Shown here: one piece after another, positions 50,673 to 60,663 of the stretch
How positions within the stretch are numbered: position 1 is the first letter of the stretch
How the letters are laid out: each line of letters begins with the position of its first letter
DNA from: Neodothiora populina
Taxonomy: Eukaryota
Direction of reading: 5' to 3'
NCBI RefSeq assembly: GCF_041146345.1
Contig: NW_027191415.1
Coordinates: 1,240,001-1,304,000 of the forward strand
Length of the DNA: 64,000 nt
Notes under the pieces: model-generated
What the model saw: the letters and a program-made list of their open reading frames with translations, nothing else
What the model was told of the DNA's origin: nothing
The model's database searches: none
Program-made: the position numbers and the translations under genes

Positions 50673-51285
50673 GTTTCTTTATATGTATATATAGATGAGC
50701 TGACTTGGCGAGCGTCAAGTCAGCAGTGACTACGATGTCTCGATACCACTAGATCACCTCCAGATAGTATGCGAGATAGATTGTCAGTGTAGAACCGTTG
50801 TATAAGGGATATCTAGGTCGAGCAACCTGGTAAACCAGAGTCGGTAAGGCAAACTGGCCGAGGACAGCTGCCTGCCAAGCCGCTTCATCATCGGTTGTTG
50901 CCAGGGGATGCCGACGCCCAGAATCCGGGGAAGTCGGTATTTCCCTTTTGGGAGGGCAAAATGGCAACACCGAGATCAACAGCAAAGAAATACATGGAAA
51001 GACCCTCTTTTGTGCACCGGCAAGCATTATTGAATATACACCGAGCGACAGAAAAGAAAGCCATGCGGAGTGGCCCAATAGACCTAACAACAGCATACTA
51101 TTCGACAGAGTGATTTTCGCCGATTCTCACTTCGCCCTGGTGGCATTTTATGTGCGACCTCTTGGCACCAACAATACACAAACACGGCGCAATCAGACAG
51201 CCTGGGACAATATACAGAAATATACACTCACGCTCATCAGCGTACATAGCTTCACCAACGCACAGGGAGATAAGAAGTGCCCATT

Positions 51286-54200
51286 ATGGCGCCCGGTGGA
51301 GCAACAGATGGCGCATCCTCCATCACGGTTGCTGTCCGTGTACGGCCTTTTACTATTCGAGAGGCTGCTCAATTAATAAAAACGGACGACTCCCCTTTGT
51401 TTCTCGGAGATGGATCTCTGGCAGGTGTACCCGCACCCCGTCTGGCCGGCAAGGGAATCAGATCGGTCATCAAAGTCGTTGACGATAAATGCCTGTATGC
51501 AGATGTCGTGCCGGCAAAGAGAAACAAAAGTCATGGCTGACAGGTTTGATCAGAATCTTTGATCCCCCCGAAGATGCACCCGTATCACGCTTTTCCAGAC
51601 CAGGGATGAGCGGGAAACGCTCGAAAGACCAGACTTACGGCTTCGACAAGGTCTTTGACGAGAACATCACACAGGCCGATGTATACCAGGCCACGACGAG
51701 GAATCTCCTGGACAGCGTCTTGGACGGTTATAACGCCACTGTTTTTGCATATGGCGCTACGGGATGCGGAAAGACTCACACCATCACCGGCACATCACAA
51801 CAACCTGGAATCATCTTTCTGACTATGCAGGAGCTGTTTGAGCGGATTGGAGATGTCAGCGAGGAGAGAGTCACCGAGATCACTCTCTCTTATCTTGAAA
51901 TCTACAATGAGACCATTCGCGATCTTCTCTCGCCGAGCACGCCGAACAACAAGCAGGGCTTGATGTTACGAGAAGACGCGAATCAAGCAGTGTCTGTTGC
52001 TGGCCTATCTTCTCACAGACCACAGAATGTTCGTGGAGTCTTCTCTTCTGATGATATTTGCAACTGCAACTGCAGATTACAATGGCGATGTTGTCCAATC
52101 TGTTCATGTAGCTGACTCTTCCCAGGTCCAAGAGGTCATGGAGATGCTGATCCGAGGCAACCAAGCACGAACACAATCACCCACAGAGGCCAATGCAACC
52201 TCTTCACGATCACATGCCGTCCTCCAGATCAATGTCTCACAGCGCGACAGAAACGCGGCCATCTCGGAACCAACGACAATGGCCACACTGTCCATCATCG
52301 ATCTTGCCGGCAGCGAGAGAGCATCTGCGACCAAGAACCGAGGAGAGCGATTGCTCGAGGGTGCAAATATCAACAAGTCTTTGTTGGCTCTCGGATCATG
52401 CATCAATGCTCTATGCGACCCCCGGAAGAAGAATCACGTCCCCTACAGAAACAGCAAACTTACCCGACTACTCAAATTCTCCCTGGGAGGCAACTGCAGG
52501 ACCGTGATGATCGTTTGCGTCAGCCCAAATTCGACACATTTCGACGAGACCCAGAATACCCTGCGATACGCTAACCGCGCAAAGAACATCCAGACCAAGG
52601 TCATGCGCAATGTGTACAACGTTGACCGCCACGTCAAGGACTACCTCAAGAAGATCGACGAGCAGATGGCACGAATTAACGAACTCCAAGCTCAGCAGAA
52701 AGAGTTTGAGTCTCTGGCGTTTGCAAAGTTCAGAAAGCAGGAAGACAAGAAGGAATCATTGACAAGAGAAGGGCTGGAAAGGATACGGGCGGCATACAAC
52801 CACTCGATAGATGAGCGCAAGGAAAGGATAAATCTTATGAAGCGTCTTCGGCAGGTTGAGCGTAGGATTGCCGCAATCTCTGCTTGGATCGGTAGTTTTG
52901 ATCAAGTCTGTGACAACCGGGAGGAAGAAGAGCCACCAAAGAGTCTGCTCGCGATGCGGAAGACTGCTGCTGGCATTCTCATCGAGCTAGAAGGAAGCAG
53001 ACAGCACTATCACCAGAAATTGGCAAAGTCGAACTGGCAGCGGACCCTCGACTCTGCAGTGCACGATGGCATTCGCCAGATTCAGGAAGCCGACCCTTCA
53101 GCAACCCACGGATCCGCAGCCATCGAGAGTCTGAAGCGCGAAGCTGAATCGATGAGAGGAAACGCTGATCGTGAAGCCTACACTGCAGTCCTCGAGCAAG
53201 AGAAGGCTGGAGAGACTGCATTGTTGCAGATAATGCTGCAGGCACATTTCGAGACAGTGGCCATATTAGGCCAGATCATGCAAATGGAGGAAGCAGAGGC
53301 TATACAGGCAGCCAAATCTGTACTTGCAAAACTCCTGACGTCCTGCACAGAGTCTGTTGGACAAGTTATCCGACCAGATGGTGGTCTGCAGATCGTCGAA
53401 GCAGTTCCGCCGACGAGGTCAGGGACTCCCAAGAAAAAGAAAGGTTTCCAGTTAGCTGGTCCGTCTCCTATAAAGGCGAAAATCAGACCCAGCTTGGCGA
53501 GTGTGTCCCACTTGCGAGAGCCCAGCCCTCCTGCGTCTGAACCAGCTGCTCCCACCTCGCCATCCAAGGCATCGCCTAGAAGGCGTAAATTTGGCGCCGC
53601 ACGAAAGGGCTTTTCTGTTGGCGGCACACCGAACAAGAAGTCCCTGCTGAAGACCAATAAGCGTGGAGTTCGATGGCGAGACGACACCGAGGATGGCAAA
53701 CTTGCCGATTTCCAAGCCACGCCACCTGCACTGGACTCCACGCCGGTAGATGGAACTTCCGCATCTCTATCACCAAGACTACCTGCGTCCGAGTCCGCAG
53801 AAGACACTTCCGACTCAGCGGACTCCTCGCCAATTCCAGCTCCACCGATATCGTCATCGGAAATCCGGACTAGAGGAAGCGGTCGATTCCAGGCCGGGTT
53901 CCTGACCAAACGAGCAGACGGGTCACCGATTGCTCCAGCATATCAACTCAACGCACCTGAGCATCCATCCCCTCTCCGAGAAATCACCGGTAATGCCGCC
54001 CCAGCGCTGAACCCCATCTCAGAGAACCACCGAAGCCACGACGACGACTCGGACAGCAACAGCAATCACTCATTTTCAGATCGTGACGCTATCGGCCTCG
54101 GAATCAAAGAAAACAGCAGAGAAGCCGCACGCAAGCTCCAATCAGTCATGAAAGCCAAGCGCATTTCGTCGTCAGGCAGTCACACCGGCACAATCCGACG

Positions 54201-54585
54201 CGAGCAGCTGCATCGTCGCCTATCTCCGACAGCAGCATCAAGGAACTCACCACCACACGTGCCCGGATCAGGCGCAGGCATGTTCGGCCAAGCAGCCCGC
54301 CGAATGGTCAGCGGACAGAAAGCGTCAGAGTCGAGCGTCTTGTCTCCCCGTTCTCAACCTATCCTCAAGGGCGCACAAAGCATGGGCAACCTTCGAAGGA
54401 CGACATTCGATTCTTCTGCTTCGGCCGCGACGCCCGGTCTGCGTATCGCGCCGCTGAGAGTCAGTTCGGTGGCCATATCCTCTTCTTCCGCAGGCGTGGG
54501 GGGCAGACCCGGCAGTAGCGCTTCTAACAGTAGTGGTGTGACGGGTGCTGCTGGTGCATCGAGTGCAAAGGCTGTGTGGCGGTAG
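51286..54585 (+). CDS. KIP3: Kinesin-8 motor (Kip3/KipB); exons 51286-51494, 51554-52028, 52126-54585
   Basis: SITVAVRVRPF, P-loop FAYGATGCGKTHT, NATSSRSHAVL, IIDLAGSERA, HVPYRNSKLTRLLKFSLGGNC, and kinesin-8 neck RNVYNVDRHV. Confidence 0.95.
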
Positions 54586-55288
54586 ATCTTTTCTCTTCAT
54601 CTCTCTTTTTTTTTAGTTCCAAGCGGGCGAAAAGGCAGGTTTCAATCATTCATCTTCACGCGCGCTGGAGGAAGGTTTCCCAGCTTCAAGATTCGTTTTG
54701 AATGGACGGAATGAAACGCAGTGGTGCATGTAAGGATGCTCAGACGGATAAGTTCTGTGCCATGCCATGCCGTGTCGTTCGTGGCTCTCTCGTATCATAT
54801 CAATATCTATTCTCACGATCTTTCTCCCGTTGTCGAGCGCTTTGCCCCTTTCTTTGGGCCGTCGCTAGTTTAGTTGTATCGTGTCGCGTCACGTTTGTCT
54901 GTATCTTTCTGAATCCCTCTGCTTGTTCTCTTACTGCAGGAGATCATGTTGCACTCATTTTGCGACTGAAGTGTTGAAGCCGATGCTTTTTCTGTCTGAT
55001 TGCCGTTGTCTATGTGATACCACGGGACTTCCTTTTCTCTCGGGCTTCGGGCTGAGGGCAGGATAGCTGTAACACAATCTGGGCTATATCGAGGTTCCCT
55101 CACGAGACAACCTGGACAGGTAGTTGTACTTTGAGAGACGAAGAAAACCACAGGAGGGGAACATCTTGAGATATTACAATGATCTGTTCGATCAATTCGT
55201 TTTGATTTGATTTGTGTGTCTAGTTATCAAAGATCGCCTCTGAGCCTACCTACTTTTGCTTTACTATCCTCCTTTCACCATGTCCATC

Positions 55289-56395
55289 TCACTGTCCCTT
55301 GATGCCGGGCGTATCGGCAATCTTAAACACATACTTGACAGCACTCGCCTTGCCCTCCTTCAAGTTCGTCAAGCCCTCTTGCACGCCCGCGAGACCACCT
55401 GGGATCTCGACCTGAGGCTGAGGCAAGAACCAGCCCTCGTCGACGCCGCGCGCGACGTATCTATAGTAGACATAACCAAAGTCTTTGAGCGACGAATGCA
55501 CGTCGCCGACCATGGTGGTCGAGACGTTGACGCCCTGCGGCACGTCGCTGAAGTCTCGGCCCGGCAGCACGGTCGTGATATGCCCACCACCGGGAGACTT
55601 TTGGTCGGCCATTGCGGCGCCGATGTTCTGGAAGGAGCCCTTCTCTGAGACGCCGTCGAAGGCGTGTCGGAGGGGTGCGGAGGATGGAATGGCAGATACT
55701 ATCTCTTTGCGCACCGAGTCGTCGCCTTTGCGGTAGTCGATGACCACGTCTCCTTTGCTTGCGTCAAGCAGTTTCTGGACGTGCGCGGACGCGTTTCCAG
55801 CAATGCAGATGAGCGGGTGGATGTTGCTCTTCAGCGCGAGCTGCAGGGCGTAGTAGCCGATCGCGGAGCTGGCGCCGTAGATGACCAGCGGGAGGGGAGT
55901 CTCGTCGTCTTTTCGGGGCGTCCAGGGCTGGGGCAGACGCAGGCGGTCGTAGAGACCTACTGCTGAGGTCAGGGAGGCCAGGGGCAGAGCGGCGGCTTCT
56001 TTGTAGGTCACGTGAGGAGGCAGGTAGGCGGTCGTGCTCGACCATGCTACGGCGTATTCGGCGAATGAGCCGCCCGGTGTGATCATTTGGTGGAAGGCGT
56101 GCACGCGGTCGCCGACTTTGAACTCTGAGACGCCCTCGCCGACTTCGTGGATTGTGCCCGCGATGTCGTCGCCGATGTTTATTTCGCCCTTGGGCGTGAT
56201 GTCGGGGTATTTCCTTTTTCTGGTGTTAAGTGACTTTTCTGAGCTGGAATCACGTGTGAATGGGCTCACTCACCAGTCTTTGGGATTGGATCCGCTGTAT
56301 TCGACTTTGATCACGACCTGATCCTTCTGGGCTTTGGGGATCGGAGAGTCGACAATCTCGACCTTGGTTCCCTTGCGGACAATGGCTTCCTTCAT
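55289..56395 (-). CDS. MDR-superfamily enoyl-reductase/quinone-oxidoreductase-like protein; exons 56395-56274, 56213-55289; optional 51-aa N-terminal extension from ATG 56548
   Basis: GSNPKDWK, GDDIAGTIHEVGEGVSEFKVGDRV, GSFAEYA, EAAALPLA, Rossmann motif IYGASSAIG and ASAVKYV. Confidence 0.92.
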
Positions 56396-57576
56396 GATGG
56401 TGGTGGTATAGGGTCTTGTAATCGAGCTGAGGTTGATTGTACGAGGACGCAGGTGGTTAGGCAAAAGTTTCAATCGAGGTAGACTTCTCGATTGAGTGGG
56501 AGTATTTGGGATACACTTGTAACAAAGTCTGCGAGCTAAAAATGGCATTTAAATGTCGTACTATATCTACAGCTACAGCAATGGCGCAACTCTTTTGTAC
56601 GAGTAAAGATTACAAATCTACTTGAATATGAAGGAGGGGATGAGGGGCCAACTCGGAAATAAAGACTAAAATGTAAATAGTATTACGTCACTGAATATAG
56701 CTCCCTTTATCCTAGGTACCTTACCTTACTCATAGGATTGCCGGCCCTCTCGTTCCGCAGAGTTTTGTAGTCTGAGGTGGCGTGGTTGGTATAAGGAGAG
56801 CTCTATGCACCAAGGTTCAGGTCCAACTAGTTCAAGGACTGGTCCTAAGCAATACGGTACGAGAAGAGCAGCTCAAAGTGCGTTTGGAGCATGGATTGTC
56901 TCTGTCCAAAGGTCTTGTTTCATACCCTACACAAGCGGTCTAGCTTATAACAAGATTGAATTGTTGTCCTATGCATGAACATCACTAGCTTCAAAGATGC
57001 TTGACAATTCATACACATGGAGATGCATCTAACCATTCTATCTGGCGAGGTGCAGTAGCTTGCTCAAACTTCCTTATTACGGAGCCCCACATACCCCACT
57101 ATCACTACATACCCCACCAACGACAGCGAGAACATCATCACAAACACGACTCATGATCTACTCACGTTCTTCGTACCGCTCGCTTGTTCCCGCGTAAGAG
57201 GCGGTTAAAGGGCATAGTATCGTCGTTACAGTATAATTCCTCGGAGGACGTGGACATTCCGGTCGCTGAGATACGCTTCTTTCGTACAGTGGATAAGCAA
57301 CGAAGTCGATTGTTGAGATACATAAAGTTCTCGCGCGATGGCGGACTGAGAGGCTGCACTCTATGCTTCATCTTGCAGTGCTTACTCACAGGTAGGCGGC
57401 GGCAGCAAGGGTCAGTGGCGGATAATTGCCGGCCTGCAAGTCACGAGAAAGCAACTTCTTCGTGCAAGCACAAGCCTCTCGTAGTCGTCGTGGTAAAATA
57501 ACATAGCTCTACATGATATTGGCTGGCTAGATGCACCACCAAAAAGACAAAAAAGCAATAAGCAAAAGATAATGGC

Positions 57577-57661
57577 CGACCACCTAGGGACTCGAACCCT
57601 AAACCTTCAGTGAAGTTCAAAGGAACCGAAAACTGACGCGCTACCATTGCGCCAGACAGCC
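57577..57661 (-). tRNA. tRNA-Arg (TCG) with 13-nt intron (57613-57625)
   Basis: GGCTGTC-TG-GCGC-AATGGTA-GCGC-G-TCAGT-TT-TCG-G-[intron]-C-ACTGA-AGGTT-TAGGG-TTCGAGT-CCCTA-GGTGGTC-G, with T-runs downstream. The acceptor stem has four G:U pairs. Confidence 0.88.
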
Positions 57662-57931
57662 TTCATCTGCGACGTACCGAGCTTCTGCCCGTACATATCT
57701 CATTGTAGTCCTAATTCTACTAAGCACCATACCCAATCTAAAATAGTTCCGACTCATCTTCGTAGCTGACAGCATAGACGAGTCAAAACTGTGATACAAC
57801 ATGCAAAGGAAGCGTTGATGTCGAAAGAGTGTGTAACCGAAACAAGACAAAAGCCATCGTCAATCGTACCTGTCATGAAATATCATCGAAACTCCCCTTT
57901 CTAGCATTTGTAATCACTTGCTCTTTCTAGT

Positions 57932-60068
57932 TTACCAACCAAACGAATCTTCGAAATACTCCAAGTTCCGACAGCCTCGTTTCATAGCGGCATGAACCAC
58001 CTCACGCGCGTTATCAGCCATTGCAGACGGACCACAGACAAAGACCGCCGCGCGACGGGTCGGGCCCAGCTCGCGAGTGACTTCCGCGACGGTAGCCTCC
58101 AGATCAGGACGGCCATGATGATACGTAATGCCGGCGTTGTTCATGGCTACTTTATCGTGGTGCATCACACGTCCAGTCAGATAGACATCGAGCTTCAGAT
58201 CCGATCTTGGCAGTGCGGCAGCCAGCTCTTGGGTGCAGATGCTTGTGACGATTCTGGCTTTGCGCGTGGACCACATCAGGCGCATGTCGGTTGTGCGCGT
58301 CTTTCCTTTGTATGAGCGGGCGATTTGCTCTGTTATGTAGGGGGTCACGGCGGATATGCCCGTGCCGCCTGCGACTAGTATGACGGTGTCGAACATGTAC
58401 AGGTTCTTCGAGTGGCCGTAAGGTCCTTCCATGAGCAAGTGAGGATGACAGACGCCTGATGGCTCTTTCAGACACTGATCGCGGAGTCTTCGGGTCCATC
58501 CATCGTACGGTCTGATCCAGAAAGTGAGCGTCTTGTTGCTGTATGGTAACAGAGTGACCTTGTCTACTCTGGACAATTGAGTGGACAAATTGCGAGATGT
58601 GGCTGGGACAATCGAGTCCCAATTGTCGTCCTTTTCGATTGGCGAGGATGCATCAGAAGATGAGGTGCCAGACTCGAGATCCGTCTCGGAACTTGAGGCG
58701 CTCGCGCTCCATGACCCGATAGTGAAAGGGTGGTTCTCCCAGAATTTGAAACTGAAAGGCTGATACAGAAAACAATGCTGGCCAGGTCCGGGTCTGAACA
58801 AGGCAAGCCCCGAGGTTTGGATGTCCACGTGTATGACATCCGAGACTTTATCGTATGTGGCTTTCGTCGATGCTACATGCACAAAGTTCTTGCCAGTAGT
58901 GACATGCAGGTTACACACGACGAGTCTAATCAGGCGTAGTAGTCGATCAAAGCTCCAGATCGCTACTACGGCCCACAGGTAACCATTAAACGCACCTTCT
59001 TCTTGTCGTGTATGTCTGCAAGCGAAGTGTCAATATAGATTACGATCTGGCATACAAAGCATAATTACCCGAAAACAGCATAAATCAATAGTATTCCGAG
59101 AGATATATGTATCGCGAGAAATAGTTCATAGAACTTCATCCGCATCCATGAGACGGACGCAAGCCAGAAGGTACCCAAGGTCGTCGCAGCCTGTCTTGTG
59201 TCAGAGAACGGGCGGTAGAAGAACGAAAAACGTAACATACCACTATACCCCAGACATACCACTCCTCGTGCAACGCTTCCTGGTAGAGCGTCTTACCCGT
59301 GGGCATTGTCATAGTAGTGTCTAGGTGTGTGTAGGAAGCCGCGTGGCCGATAATGAGCAAGATAGTGACTCGCGCAACATGTCGATGGAAGATATTGAAC
59401 GTCTGGAATTCCCAGCCAGTCACCCACAAGAGGATGTTGTTCCGACCAGCGAAGAGCCATAGTATTGGGAGGTTTGAGAGAGCGAGCACTGCACAGCGAT
59501 TGGCGAAGGTACCCCAGCGCTGACGACCCAGAGTCGTGGCATAGTCGCCGCCTGTTGGTCTACAAGACTGCATTAGCCGAGGGGTTCTCAAGTATCATGG
59601 GACCTGTTTGACTTACTGAATATCATTCGAGTAGAACACATAATCCGTTCCAACAAGAATGATGGTTATGATCCAGTAGGCAAGAATGACAACAGACTCT
59701 AGCCTGGTCGGTATGGTACACCAGTATAACAGTCGCGCATGATGCTTCCCAAAAGCTGGAGGCGTTTGGAGGTGAGTTCTGCTCCAATGTCTCAATGTCT
59801 CAATGAAGGCTGGATATCTTCGGAGAGCAATGGTACCACGTTCATTAGTATTGGAGGTCTCTGGGGTACATGTACGCAGGTGCCAGAGCTGCCACAATTG
59901 GTGCAATGCGCCTAACAGCACGATGCCTCCCCAGAACCCATAGAGAGCGTAGCCATGTGCGTGGTTGTTGTGGCTGTTTTCTTCCTGGGCGACTGGATAG
60001 CTGACCAGAGTACTGCCAAGAGTGTGCCTGAAGAACGCTGCACTTAGGACGAATAGGCGTGCCAACAT
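57932..60068 (-). CDS. Ferric/cupric reductase (FRE family); 4 exons (60068-59617, 59559-59241, 59190-59069, ~59015-57932)
   Basis: Signal peptide; RNNILLWVTGW..FNIFHRHVAR and YELFLAIH (heme His); WSFDRLLR; PGQH; FAD motif HPFT; EGPYG; GGTGIS; CGP; terminal FGW. Confidence 0.93.
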
Positions 60069-60645
60069 GATGAAAACCAAATTCCAGAAGGGATACTGCT
60101 TACAGTAATGTTGGGCATGACAAAGAGTACCTACATCTTTATATCTACGGCTACCGTAGATTTACTGTTGGTTCTTTGGTAGTTTAACTGCCGTTTTAGT
60201 AATGAGGCCGAGAGTCTACCACCATAATGGGCTGTAGCTTGGTCATCGCACCAGAGGTGTGATTACGACGTGGTCTCTGATCGCGGAACGTATTACACCC
60301 ATAAGTCATGGAAGAACTGGACATTCTACTATCATACTGCGATGATAGGTTCGTTACTGATGTGGGACGAGGACCCCAACGGTCGACGTGCAGATTGGCG
60401 TCGAACGGGTGAGCAGGGTGAAACACTGACTGATCGTCATCGCTGTACGCCAAAGGCAGTGTCAGAGCCGTTCAACAGCACTTTCTGTGTCAGGTACAGC
60501 CCGGAAATCGTGAGATCGTATAGAGCTTGGAGGCTGCGAATAGGATTCCAAGCAGTAAGCCTCGGGTGCTGATTTTCGAAAGGTCGAAGTCAAGGATAGG
60601 TATGCAGATCAGATGGTTAATTAGTCGGAGCACCAGGTCCAGTAT

Positions 60646-60663
60646 ATCTTATCTCGATAAGAT
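60646..60663. promoter_or_regulatory. Inverted GATAAG pair upstream of the ferric reductase (candidate SreA-type iron repressor site)
   Basis: ATCTTATC-TC-GATAAGAT has perfect 8-bp arms and lies ~580 bp upstream of the FRE ATG. TATA-like ATATAAA on the minus strand at ~60138-60144. Confidence 0.5.

Noticed and set aside
27087..56395. Statin-like cluster (HMG-CoA reductase as resistance gene plus trans-enoyl reductase, MFS and Zn2Cys6 factors)
   Set aside because: No PKS, acyltransferase or P450 in the window. The genes are scattered among housekeeping genes (SPA2, KIP3), so HMG1 looks like the primary copy.
43673..57934. Stop-codon readthrough creating cryptic PTS1 signals
   Set aside because: The stops I examined (HMG1, GIG1, oxidoreductase; also FCY2, cnxG, cyt-4) lack the TGA-CTA context; the HMG1, FCY2 and oxidoreductase extensions I read through have no SKL-like end.
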